The notes under the pieces were generated by a model. It saw only the letters and a list, made by a program, of their open reading frames with translations. It ran no database searches and had not been told where the DNA came from. 64,000 bases of DNA from the NCBI GenBank assembly GCA_030141605.1, contig JAQGDQ010001078.1:1-64000 (forward strand), written 5' to 3'. Shown here in pieces: positions 37,407 through 50,500 of the stretch; within the stretch, counting starts at the first letter, position 1, and each line of letters opens with the position of its first letter. This stretch comes from Tubiluchus corallicola (Eukaryota; Animalia; Priapulida). Made by a program: the position numbers and the translations under genes.

Positions 37407-38004
37407 TCAACAATGCAAGCAGCAACAGCAAAAAATTACCTCACCTGGTGGTCCTGGCGGTCCAGGTGGTCCTTCGACGGTTCTGCAGATTGGACATCCT
37501 GTAAAAATACAATGCAACAAGTCAAGTAATTTCAACGATTGAGGTCTTGAGATTTAGCATACATATAATCAGACGGGATTGTGAATTTACAGACAGATTG
37601 GTTAGCAAGTAGAACGCCGTGGAGCAAGTGATTCAAACTCAAAGCAAAAGTGACTTTTAATTTAAAGAAAACTGACAACTAAGAATTTGGAGGAGTAACA
37701 CCACTGACAAATACAGTCTAAGCAGGAATAATTTTGTTTAAAAGAATATCTTAATCTTACTGTACAATTTTCAACGCTGTTTCTTCTCAAACAAAGTCCA
37801 GTTTAACTGAGATAAAACAGGATATTATGGACAAAGGAAACTTTTCAGCTATACGTTTTTTAGAATTATCCAATAATATCAGTATTTCGTATAGCGGAGT
37901 CATTACCTGTCCATTTCACGTATACACTAGAAGAACTGCACTTATGATATTCAAAACTCCACCCATATTTACTATTCCCATCCACTACCTACACTGTATC
38001 TCGA

Positions 38005-38400
38005 CACTAGGCGGAGGAGCTGCACAAGCAGCCAACGGCTAGAGGGCGGAGGAGGTCAAGTGACCCAACGGCCATGTGTAGGGGAGTAAACCTTCCAAAT
38101 CAGGAGTGGAACCCGGAAGGCGGACCAGTGCAGCATGCTCACTGACTCCGGCAGCTCCTGCAGCCAACCTGGTGCCAAACGTATCGCTCCCCTTTCCTTT
38201 GGACTACACCAACGAGGAAGAGAGGGGGTTCCTGTTGTCTGGGCATCACAGGATCTCCATACACCTTGCCCAGGCGTGCGACCTGGAGAGGCCACTCCAG
38301 TGGTTCAAGGATCGCACTGCTCAGCCACAGTCGACGCTGCAGCTCCATCAATGTGATCAATAAGTGACTCTCTTGGCGCACACTCCATTGTTTTCCGAGA
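38005..38400 (+). mobile_element. GC-rich repeat resembling an RTE-clade LINE 5' region
   Basis: An abrupt GC-rich island. The blocks ctggtgccaaacgtatcgctc...cctttggactacacc resemble, from memory, RTE 5' UTRs; not verified. Confidence 0.4.
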
Positions 38401-39884
38401 CAGAAGGATGCCAACCAACCAACCACTACCTAACAAACGTGCGCCTTTTGTGCGAAACGATGCCATTTTTTTTCTCGCACTTAGACTGAACAAAATGGAT
38501 ATTTTTCTTTTTGCGAGAAACTCGCGTTTTTTGGGTAAGGAAGTGTCGTTTTCCTCGAAATATGATTGGTATAAAACCCACTACCTTCATTTTTCTAGTT
38601 CTGCTTTCTTTAAAAATGACAGTCTTTAGAAAAACTACGCTAGCTTTCGGAAAGCACGCGTGATTCTGGATTCGAAAACGCGTTTTTATTTGGATTTTGG
38701 TGTCAAAGCGGCTGTACTGTAACTGGACTTGACAAGCAAGTTTTAATCAAAACACAAAAGTGTCAGATGACACAATAATGAACACAACAGCACCTTTGAA
38801 ATGTCAGTTATGAGCTTGTAAACAATAACACATCAAAAATAATCATAGAAGTGCAATTTCAAGAAGAAATTAATTTAGAGCGCGCAAGTACGTAAAATGT
38901 CATCAGTTCAGTTCAAATGATCCACTTTGAGAATGCAGTGTAGCACCATCTATCGAGGCTGTTCCAAAGAAAAACAGAGCAGTAAGTCTTTAAACAGAAA
39001 TCACGTCAGTGGAGATGTACAGGTACAAGTAAATACGCCATTTTGAGACCCATCTGTATCGGTACATACTCCACCATTTTTACAAGGGTTCCTGGTACAG
39101 TCATCTGTATAGATACAAAATAAAACATGAAAACAAATGAGCAATGAATGCCAAGACTGCAGACACACAGATATTACACAACTCAAATAAAATTATTAAG
39201 TGTAGTAAGGCTTTAGTATAAAAACAAGTGTTTTTATATGCTGAAAATGCACATGCAAAAAGTGACAGATTCCCAAATATTGCTAAAACCATTTTTTACG
39301 AAGAATTTACTGTAGTAAACAATTCCTTATTGTACTAACGACGTTTTGAGAGCACAATTGTTCTCCTCTTCACATTACTATAACATGCAATCTAAAAAGT
39401 TTGAAAATTCAAATATAGATATAAGAATTATCATTTAGTCAAGAGCTGCCATGAATCACAATAAATGACACATATACGGTATTCTGTGTTAAAGAAGCCA
39501 ACTTATTTACACGGTTACTCGTGTAACTCACCTAGTTTTGAAGTAAGAGTGTAATGAGTAAAAGAATCACAGAAAATTCTTAAAGCTCTTTAAAATGAAC
39601 TTTGAGAAATTTTAATACTAGGTGATGTAAACGAGTGATAGTGTAAATAACATTCAGCATTAGTTCATCCCTGAACATTGAAAATAGTGTATTGTATTAA
39701 TAGACATAAATATACCTAGCACTGCTGCTGCATCACAAACACGCGTAATTGCAGCAATCACTAAAAAGCCAAACAGAGCGAGTCTTCTTTCAGTCGCCAT
39801 CACCATTTCTGGAGACGCAGCTTTACTGCAAGAAATTGTGCAGAACTGTATAAATTTATTGACGATCTAGCACAGTACAAAAAA

Positions 39885-40236
39885 CCTTTTCACAGTTTCA
39901 CTGTAATTGCTGTAGGTCAAAGGTTAAGTGCACCACAGCAACGTGTCTTAACTACAAGCGTCACGTGACATGTGGGTAAAGCAAAGCTTACTGCCGTATC
40001 GGTTCAGTAAATTTAGTTGTTTTACGTGGACTTTACTTAATTGAGCACTAGTCTATGCGTACAGTGATTTACTAGCAGGATCTTGCTTGGGAACAAGAAA
40101 AAATGAACTAGGTGAGATTCTAGCTGGGTGTTACAACATCATGGGCTGCGAGGCGTAGTCAAGTGTACACAAATGCAATGCCTGGTACACTTAACCTTTG
40201 ACCTTTTCACGACCATCATTAATCGCTGGAACTGTG
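39885..40236 (-). mobile_element. PIF/Harbinger-like MITE (family D)
   Basis: Inverted copy of 44944-45330, with an internal inverted pair aggtcaaaggtta / taacctttgacct. Confidence 0.7.
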
Positions 40237-41009
40237 CAATCACAATACATTACAAAACAATGCAATATATTATGATAGCTAAATATTACAATTATATTAC
40301 ATTATATTGTGTTATATTACAAAATTTATTCCGTTTTCAAAGTTCCAGAACATAACAGTTTCAGAAATGAAATTACAATTTTCAAAGAATTTATGTAAGA
40401 ATTCAACAAAAACTTTGTTTAAAACACAAATTGCTTAGATTAGTGAAGAATGTAAAGCAGCTTAGGCTACGACTTATGCAAGACCATCATAATTACAATA
40501 TTATACATAATTTACATGTAATAAGAAGCAATATTTGAAAATATTTATAAACTGGTACGTAAATAATATTATTAGCTGTGATTAAATTACGATTATCGAA
40601 AATTTTAATCATTTCAGGATGCGAATCATCAATAAGTTTTGAACTAAAAATAACAGTGAAAAGTTTTTACCTACCTTGTTTGCAGTAACAATGTCCTAAG
40701 AGTGAAACGTTAAGAGCTCCACGAACTTTCTCACCTGCTAAATGATTTCAGATGATCACCTCATTTGGTCAGAAGGTTAAAGTGGAACTACATACTTTAC
40801 CTTTTTGACATATTGGTGCTAATTACGATGTTCGCTTTGTTAATTACGCTATAGGTTAATTACAACGAGAAAGTGAGCACAAGTTTGCTTACTGAAATGC
40901 ATTTAAGAACAACGAATCATGAAAATGTTTCACACGAATTTTTTTAAGACTCAGTCGGTCGGTCATTCAGTCAGTCCTTCAGTCGGTCAGTCAGTTTATG
41001 ATAGTTTGT

Positions 41010-41290
41010 CAGTTTTAGTTTTTGTGTGTCGGGGCTTGTTTGTACTGTTGCTTATGCAGTGAAACTGTCAGTGAATCAGTCAGTTTGTTGGTCGGTCAGT
41101 CAGTAGTAGTTTTAGTTTTTGCATGTCCGAGCTTGTTTGTACTGTGTCTTATGCAGTGCAACAGCCAGTGAATCAGTCAGTTGGTTGGTCGGTCAGTCAG
41201 TAGTAGTTTTAGTTTTTGCATGTCGGGGCTTGTTTGTACTGTGTCTTATGCAGTGCAACAGTCAGTGAATCAGTCAGTTGGTTGGTCGGA
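41010..41290. repeat. About 97-bp tandem repeat x3
   Basis: ttttagtttttg...gcttgtttgtactg...ttatgcagtg...gtgaatcagtcag occurs three times. Confidence 0.9.
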
Positions 41291-41539
41291 TGGGCGGAAC
41301 GTGACAACAAAATGGGAATCTCCTCTTTTTGATGGCCACTGAGCTTAGAATGACACCTGCGTGTGCGGGGGGGGGGGTAATATGCGCACCTAAACAGTAA
41401 ACTGCGTCATGCAATATTTGCCAAAAGCCTGGAATGGAGAAAACCCGTTTATGGAGGGGGTCCTGAGTTGGGTGCATTGAGTTCATGCAAGAAACTTTTG
41501 CTATAAATTTTCTGTAACGTCATGCGTGAATGAGTACTA

Positions 41540-41886
41540 AGTGAATGAATGAATGAATTAGTGAATGCATGAATGAATGAATTAGTGAATGCATGAATGA
41601 ATGAATGAATGAATGAATGAATGAATGAATGAATGAATGAATGAATGAATTAGTGAATGCATGAATGAATGAATGAATGAATGAATGAATGAATGAATGA
41701 ATGAGTGAATGAATGAATGAATGAATGAATGAATGAATGAATGAATGAATGAATGAATGAATGAATAAATGAATGAATGAATGAATGAATGAATGAGTGA
41801 ATGAGTGAGTGAATGAGTGAATGAATGAATGAATGAGTGAATGAATGAATGAATGAATGAATGAATGAATGAATGAATGAATGAAT
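41540..41886. repeat. (GAAT)n microsatellite
   Basis: Direct inspection. Confidence 0.97.
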
Positions 41887-43089
41887 GCAGCAGAAAATCT
41901 TTAGCGTCTCGTGATTTGTGCCATTAGGGAGGCAACCGTATTCGGGGAAAGAGGACCGCAAAAGTGGTATCAAAGACGGAAGCCGCTCAGAGACAGCCCA
42001 TATGTAATTCATAACATAAAATGAAACTAAAAAAGCCCCTAAAGGCTTCTTTGTAGTATAAACAATGTTAGAAAAGAAAATAATGAAGCAGGCATAGATA
42101 ACAGTATAGTTTTAACCAAAGCTGGACAACTATGGATCTTAAAGATTATTAAAAAATGACGACAAAGCTTGTTCGCAAAGTTTGCTGCAAATTTTAGCAA
42201 GATCGTCGACATTTGTGCCTAAAGTTTTTACATTACCTTGTTGTAAAACGACCTCACAACGAAAAATGAACCACAAACTTCCTCCACGATCTCGAAGTTC
42301 TGGTAACGGACGTTAGAAGACCACCTCATTTTAACGTTAGAAATTAAAATTGCTCTATATGCTTAATTGCTACTTTTTGTTTGACAAGTCAGTGCTAATG
42401 GAGGATTGCCCTTCTAATTACGTCACAAGTCAGACTGTGAGAGTGCAATTAGAAAATCGGCAAAATTCTTGCTCCGAGGCACAAGTACAATGCGCACTTC
42501 TTAGAGATTAGTGTTACCTAAAATGTTAAATAAAATTACTTGTGCTCAATACAGACATTTTTTGTATAGTGACCAATGCATAGTACATTTTTGCATAATG
42601 TTCTGGACCGGGTTCGATGGCTTAGTGGTCTAAAACTACAAATTGCAGACAAGCTTATTACTGTATTACTAACATGTTTATTGGCGACTTACAATCCATA
42701 CAATTACAATTGTAATTACGAGTTACAAAACATTACATAAACAATGCAGTACATTACAATGAGGTCAAAAACAATTTCACGAATATGGTAACTGGACATG
42801 TGATGTGATAATAGGCCCCATTAAACATAGCCCATTGGACGCTTGTCGAATGTTTTGCAGAACGGCAGAGAAATGGGTCTTACACAAGAACAGTCTGCTT
42901 TGTGGGGACTATTAGGGTCTTTCTGGACAACCATAAACCGAATCTACGTCTAGACCTATACGATTCCGAGGCAGTGGAATTTAATGGCTAAAGCCTTTTT
43001 CCACTGAATATTAATTGTCAAAAATCGTTAAATGGGCAAGTACGATCTACAGCATGAACCAGTAATTAGGACTTGGTCTTGTCACATCT

Positions 43090-43518
43090 AATGGTAGACA
43101 ATGGCAGACAATGGCAGACAATGGTAGACCATGTTAGACAATGGTAGACAATGGCAGACAATGGAAGACAATGGTAGACAATGGTAGACAATGGCAAACA
43201 ATGGTAGGCAATGCAGACAATGGAAGACAATGGTAGACAACGGCAGACAATGGAAGACAATGGTAGACAATGGCAGACAATGGTAGACAATGGAAGACAA
43301 TGGTAGACAATGGCAGACAATGGTAGACAATGGAAGACAATGGCAGACAATGGCAGACAATGGCAAACAATGGTAGGCAATGCAGACAATGGAAGACAAT
43401 GGTAGACAATGGCAGGCAATGGAAGACAATGGCAGACAATGGTAGACAATGGCAGACAATGGAAGACAATGGTAGACAATGGCAGACAATGGTAGACAAT
43501 GGCAGACAATGGTAGACC
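43090..43518. repeat. 10-bp minisatellite (aatggNagac)
   Basis: Direct inspection. Confidence 0.97.
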
Positions 43519-43666
43519 ATTCCGAATAAAGTTTTTAGTACTTGGTTTCAAATTTTGAGACATTAGCCTTACTATTAAACGCAATTTCAATGTTCTATTT
43601 GCCAAACTTCACTGTCATTTTTTTAACTTTTCTCTTCGGATTTAATAACATTCGAAACATTCTTAA

Positions 43667-43940
43667 AGGAAAACCGGCTGATTGTGTAAACACGAGTTCA
43701 GAATAAAGAATACTGTAAAATATTGAAAACTACAATAGTTTTTTATAAATCAAAGCTTAGATTAAACAATAATTATTTCGGGTACTCAAATTTCGTTAAA
43801 CTTTCAAAGCTACGCGCGGCTCAATGAATCTACTAAGATTGGCAGCGGCACCCTTTTGTCACGTGCGCGTCGCCGACAAATAGAAGGTGGTACCGTGATA
43901 AGCATGATCATGAACTGTTGTGTTAGTTTCTGACGTCATA
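43667..43940 (-). mobile_element. Partial copy of the TTAA MITE at 1338-1761
   Basis: Starts ttaa|aggaaaaccggctgattgtgta and shares gaatctactaagattggcagcgg with the reverse complement of about 1490-1761. Confidence 0.75.
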
Positions 43941-44578
43941 TGATGTAAAGCCCATTTTTCGTGACATCATGCGTTTAAACAGTAACACTTAGCAGTCATC
44001 CTTTAAGGCAATCTGTTCTGGTTTTCAAAATTCTACCAGAAGGTCAACTTTTTATGCCATTGGATCCACCCAAATTGAAACAGGTAAACTAAATTTTTTG
44101 TACAAAGAAAAAGGAATATTAGCAAGTGATGGGCTAATTTTGAAATCCATTGAAATTAATAAAGGGCAGAACTTCTTCCTCATAAACAATTTATCAGTTT
44201 TCTCTGCCAAAACAGTAATAAAATTTCATATACGAACTCCTTGTTTTTTCCATTGAAAACTATGCACTAGTCCAGCCTCCATTTACTGAATATTGTGTAT
44301 ACTTTACACAGTTGAAAAGCAAAAACATGACAAGGAATGTGAATTGCAAATCCAAAACTTGCCAGCTGAGTGATAAGTAACAGAAACCGTTTGAGGAACA
44401 GGATCAATGTGTTCCTCAATCATTTTTCATTGCATAATAAAACTAAGAGAGTAACGTAAATACTAGCGGAATGAAAAGTCATCAAAAATTTTATAACGTT
44501 GTATTCACAGATGACACATTTCTTGACATTTTGCAATGCTAAACTGGTCACGTGACTTCACGAGGTGGAATTTTCTTA

Positions 44579-47500
44579 CTATTTCCAAAGCCACATTTCA
44601 TCACCCAGCAGTTCAGCTAAATCTTTGTTAAATGAAGAATAGAAATTGTCAAGTAACAGCCTGGTAGAATTAAACAAATTCACTTTCCTTCTGAACTTGT
44701 TTGCTCTTACTGTCTTCACATTGTTATCTAAAAAAAAAGAAATTTTATAAAATGTGTTTGGTGAGAACCACTAGTTGCTATGAATACCTGTTGAGTCAGA
44801 AAAGTTTTGGTAAGTCATAAAAACAGGTAATGTGGATAGGTCGTCCAGGTAGCAACCAAAGAGCTTACTACCTGATAAAATATAACCGTTGCAAGGATTC
44901 GAGTTGTACACAACCATTTGTTACATTAAACTATTGTTGGATAAGCCTTTACACAGTTCCAGCGATTGATGATGATCGTGAAAAGGTCAAAGGTTAATTG
45001 TATTACACAACGAATTTGTGTACACTTGACAACGCCTGCCCATGTTATTGTAAAAGTAACAGTTTTAACAACTAGGTAGAACCTTACCTAGTTCATTTTT
45101 TCTTAGTGAATTCCCGAGCAACATCCTGCTAGTAACTCATTCTATGCACAGACTATTGCATGTTAAGTAAAGTTCATGTAAAACAACTGAAGTTACTGAA
45201 CATTGGTTTAGTAGACTTTGGTTTACACACATGTCAAGTGACGGATGTATTTAAGACGCGTTGCTGTGATACACTTAACCTTTGACCTACAGTAACTGCG
45301 CGTGCGCATAAAGAAACTGTGAAAAGGCTTATTAGTTAGTATTCTATCTTATGTAGCCTGGAAGCCTCGTGCGTCTCGCACAACCGGAGACTTAAAGAGA
45401 TCAGAGCCAAAGTCAAGGTCCTCCAACACATCTTGTAGATGTCTCATAAGCGTCTCTTTTGAATACCCATTAAACTGATAGTTATGGTCTTGGATCATTT
45501 TAGCTCCCACTCTGCCCTTCACCACAATTTCTATATATATATATATTCATTGGTGTTGAAGTCGAGTGAGTTTCCAGACCCCATCTTCTCCCATCACACC
45601 TCTCAAGGCTGCTGGCTCATGATACTGAGACAAACGAATATGGAATACGGAGGGCTTGAAAAATCCATTATTGATTCAGCAATACTGTACTTTGATATTT
45701 TACATTGTTACTCGATGTTTTTGCACAATCTGTTTTATTTCATCTTGTACAAGATGGTAAGCTGGTGTTTATACAAAACAGGTTAGTTTTGGATGGTAAC
45801 TTTAGTTGGGTAAAACATGCTAACGTTCCCACATCTCGTAACTTATTTTACAATAGCAAGATCTAGTGTTACGGCATAGTGCAACGTATTCGACATAACA
45901 CCTTTAGTGTAAAGGAGAAATAAAAATGCCTATAAAAAGGAAAATATTTAAACGAATTAAATGTGCGCATTTTTGTTCATTTGTAACAGAAGTTTTCATT
46001 TTATACGTGCAGCAAAACTTTGTATTGACCTGAAAACGTTTTCACCTTTTAGTTCCAAAAACTTGTAGATTCGCTGAATCGTGGACTGAAAGTCTTTTAT
46101 TGTGTCTTCAAAGCGGAGAATCAGTATCTGATCTCTAGGAAAAATACGCAGATAATGCCGTAGATATGCCACATAGCAACCTTTGAACATGCTACGTCCC
46201 TGTGTAGAAAAAAGAGATTCTGTCAAAAAAAGAATTAAACCAGAATGAGGTAAAAATCAAAATTTTAGGGCTTGTTCATGGCGTCTTTAACGTGACGTTA
46301 GCGAAAAGTGACGCAAAGTCAGATGAGAAGGTAACACAAGAGCGATTCAAGACATCGAATACAGGGCAAGGCAATTGGTAAGGGGGGGGCGAGATAAGAC
46401 AGACGAGACAAAGAAAGATCAGGTAATAGAACACAAACCAAGGGCAAGCAAGGCAGCCCAGCGCATGTTGAGCGTGGAAAGCAAGGCACAGCTAGGATAG
46501 GCAATATAATGGCAAGGCAAACTAATGCAGCTGACAAGAAACATTGTATTGAATAAACTGAATAGCCTATAACAAACAACAATGGTCAAACACACAAAAA
46601 CATACCTCTATAAAATGCTTTGACTTAAACATTGTTCCTTAAAAGAAACCAACGAATTAATGAACAAATGAATTATGAAAAAGTTTGTGAAAACAAACGA
46701 AGAAGTACGAATAAAGATTAGAATAACATAAAAAATTAATAATAAATTAACAAATGAATAAAGAAATATGGTAAATAAACAAGTAAATAAATTGCTGACT
46801 CATTACTTTTTGCAAGGCTACTGCGTTTTCATATTGTTATGGAGGCACCTGTGTCGGGTCAGGTATAGGGCCCTCTGCACGCCCTGCTTTCACGTCAGCA
46901 GCGACTCACCCCTTCCTTGTAGGTCCAGACGTCTTGTTTGGGCCGACACGTGGTGTGAGAAGCCAGCTGACCTGGAATGCCAGTATAAAAGCGTGTAGAG
47001 GTCACTACAGCCTTGATTTCTGACACAGGTGCTCCTCTGCTTTGTATGTGTGTGTATCTGTTGCTTACTTAAGTTAGTGTTTTTTGTGTTTCTTATTTCC
47101 CCTTTTTTGTTATTAGTGCTGACAATAAAACTTGTTACAGTATTAATGTGCAGTGGCGCCGTGCAATGGGGGCCCGGGGGTGTGTGGGGTACTGCCCCAC
47201 AATTGTTTATAAAATGTCAAAAATTTGGGGAGTTTCGGCGGCTTGTAATGAGGCTTGTAATGAGACCAACAAGCTGTAAAATTTTTAGGAACGGTGAAAT
47301 CTCCCACAGTAGGCATGATATGCGGTTATATACACACATAGGTATGATTATTGATTGAATCTAATGCCTAATTGTTGTATTGATTATCCTCTGCTCTTGT
47401 GGCTATGCCGCTAGGTAATTGGCCATTGGCCCCTTGCACTGGACCAATGATATTGCTTCCCCCTTTCCTATATAAACACTTGCAGTGTTGGCTTAGAAAG

Positions 47501-50500
47501 CCGATTCTCTCTGATTAAATTGTGGTGGATCTCCTTACACTTTTTGTCATTATGTCAAAAAAATTTAGTCATTATCAACAGTCAAGTAATTTTTAATTTT
47601 AATTATTAACAGTAACTCGCACAGTTTATGTTTTTTCAATGTAATATCAATTTATATGTATGTTTGAGTTGCTGTGGAATAAATTCATATTTCAATAATT
47701 AAATTAAAATTCTGTAGCTATAGCTTTAAATTAAATGCCAGTTGGGAATAAATAAATCGTTTTTCTTGCACGCAAAATACTGGTGAGAGAATTCAAAATT
47801 ATACGTTTTTTAAACAGTTAAATTCGGCCATTATATACAGTCGGGCCTCTCTATCTTTTGGTGCACAACGCCCCTGTTAATCTGTGTTCTATTTTATGAC
47901 ATTTGTGTGTGCTAGATGACTTAAATAGTTAACTACTAATTTAGAAAACATTTGTAATTAAGAGAATTTCATTAGTTAAATAAATACAGTAGGGAACAGG
48001 TATAGAACATGGACCAACATAATACGGAAATTAAAGACCTCTATGCTATCCTGGAATTCTCGAGTCTCGAGCCAAGTCGAATTCACTCCAATATAATATA
48101 ATTTCATATTCGCGTAATGATTTTCATAAATAACCTATTGCAGAAATACCTGAATTCTAAAATCTTCATTATAGACACATGGGTATTTCTCGAAACTGTC
48201 TGGCTTCATTATCTTGGTGCAATTGCGATAAGCGGCAATTCCCTTTTCAACGTCTTCATGAATTTTTTGTGGAGTGATGGAATCCTGAGCCAAGTCGCTG
48301 CGATACCATGAAATGAGTCTATGTGAAGTGAATGGGATGATTACAAACAGAAAAAATCTGAACGAGTTAAAAACGTTATTCTTTTATAGTGCTGAATTTT
48401 CTAATGCAAACTGAATAGAAGCCGATAATCGTCAACAGGGTAGTTGAAAATTTGTCTTGATAATAATAACACAGGAAATAGGAGGTTCATCTGTCATCTC
48501 AACAGATACAAGATTGCCTATGCCATGCTGACACACCCAACACATTCAAGAAGCTATTCCTACCAAATACCCAATATAGTTTTAAATGCCACACTTTGGA
48601 GTATTTAATAAAACTCTGAAAAAACAATTTAAATGTACGATGTACAAACCTAATGGTACAACATGAATGTACATAAACACAAATTTAAGACAGTTGCATA
48701 CGCATGTAGTATTTAGTTTACATGCGTGATGTTAGTTATATATGCTGCCCTTCTACTCTTCCTGTGTGATCTAACCCCAGTTCTTTTTTTGTTCACTCAT
48801 CCATTCTTTTTTCATCAGGTTCACATGACAGTGGGCATATACAAGCCTTTGCTTCTCTAACCCACTGCAGTACAATTAATCTTTTATGATAACGATAGTG
48901 TATGAAACATAACAATTTAATATAGTAGATGTAATAATTTTGATGTCACTGTGTGCTTTATATTGTACTGAATGTGATAATAATAATGAATAAAAAATAA
49001 TAAAAAAAATTACAGTTCGTTTATTTTCAATTTTAACACTTACATTCGAAAACTGACACATTTTAAAACAAAATTACAAGCAATTTGGAGAATTTCTGAA
49101 TCGTTTGAGCCTCATGGTAATTTTAGTTTGTCATAATCTAATCAGTAGGTAAAGTTTGTACATATATAGAGCAAATTTCCGTATTAATGGTGTTTCTTAG
49201 TTGTTCATATCTACTACAGTGCAAGAGCAAATGTGTTTTGTCTTCTATTTCTTGTTTGTTTGGGTCGCATTGTGTACAGTATCTTTCATTGGCTGGGACA
49301 TCATTAGGTTTACGATGTCTACCGGTTTCTATTGCAAGTGAGTGGGAACTAATACGTAGTTTTGTAAAAGCTATTTTCGCATTGTGGGTTACAGTATTAA
49401 TTTGTAAATGATTTTCTAAATCATAGCATTCTTTAACTTTGTAGTAGATTCCTAATTTGTTTACATCGTTGTTATTAGTGCTGTGTGTTTTTTTAATTTC
49501 TTCCTTTCATTTTTTAAGATACATGTATTGGAGTTTCTGTTTAACACTGTATAGTAAGTATTTGTTGCTTACAGTTCCTTGGTTTTTCCCATACATGATC
49601 GAAACAAATGGGACCGAAGTCATTCTTTTCTCCCGTAAATCCAATGTTCCTGAATATCCTACTCTATATTTATCTAATACTCCACCGAAAACAGTAAATG
49701 TTCTCAAACACTTAGGTATCCATCTTACATCTGATCTGAACTGGAACTATCACGTCTCAAACATGGTAGACAAAGCAATTTAAGCTAAACAACTTTCGAC
49801 GAGTGTCAGTTTTTTTCTAAAGTTTTTTACTCTTCATTAGATGTAAAAAGTAATGCTAGCAAAGAACAAATATGGATTGTAAATTTCATTAAGTAAGTTA
49901 TATGAGCTCTAGAACGTAACTGTTTTGATTTTTTGACTGGAATGAGTTGTACGTCATAGTAACATATTTTACTCTCACTTGATTGTATATATTCGCGTTG
50001 TTTACTAATCTTGTTAATTAATGATACTTTGTTTGTTGATCTCTTTGTTTATTTGATGTGATTGTACCACGAGCACGAATAAAAATTATATATAAATAGG
50101 TTCATACCTATCAGTTGGATTTCGAAAAGTGACAATAAGCCTTGCGGATGGAGTTAACCAGTGCATGTCATCAGCAATGTATTGATACACGCCATTAACA
50201 CTTTGACCAGCAAGATAGTCACGCATAAGATCTCCTGCGCCGTCAAGATAGTCAGGTGTAAAATCTCCTGCAATTTAAAATCAGCAAAATCAAAGTTCTC
50301 GTGATCATTATGCAACTTTCAGTCATCATTCTGTATCTAAAGGCAAAATCTGCTGCTTCCATGTTCTGTGCGGCCACTTTAAGAAAAAGCCAAAACATTA
50401 AGTTCATTTACCTTAGATAATAAACATCGAAAAAGAATCTTACATGATTAATACCACTCACTACGAAGCAGGGGCGTCGTGCACCCAAAAAAATTGGGGG

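Larger units (their letters stand above)
36129..39806 (-). pseudogene. Secreted EGF + collagen-triplet + Gly/Tyr-repeat protein gene, apparently damaged
   Basis: Signal-peptide exon 39806-39716 (MVMATERRLALFGFLVIAAITRVCDAAAVL, phase 1). EGF exon from 39104 (DDCTRNPCKNGGVCTD...FTCTC) stopped by TGA at 39003-39001. A 54-bp phase 1-1 exon at 37498-37445 (GCPICRTVEGPPGPPGPPG). A (GYDGYGKER)n frame at 36840-36247, followed by stops and a phase-1 donor at 36129. Confidence 0.6.

Noticed and set aside
46273-46574. Second LTR-like segment (TGT...aataaa...ACA)
   Set aside because: No TSD, PBS/PPT or second copy is visible, so support is too weak to call.
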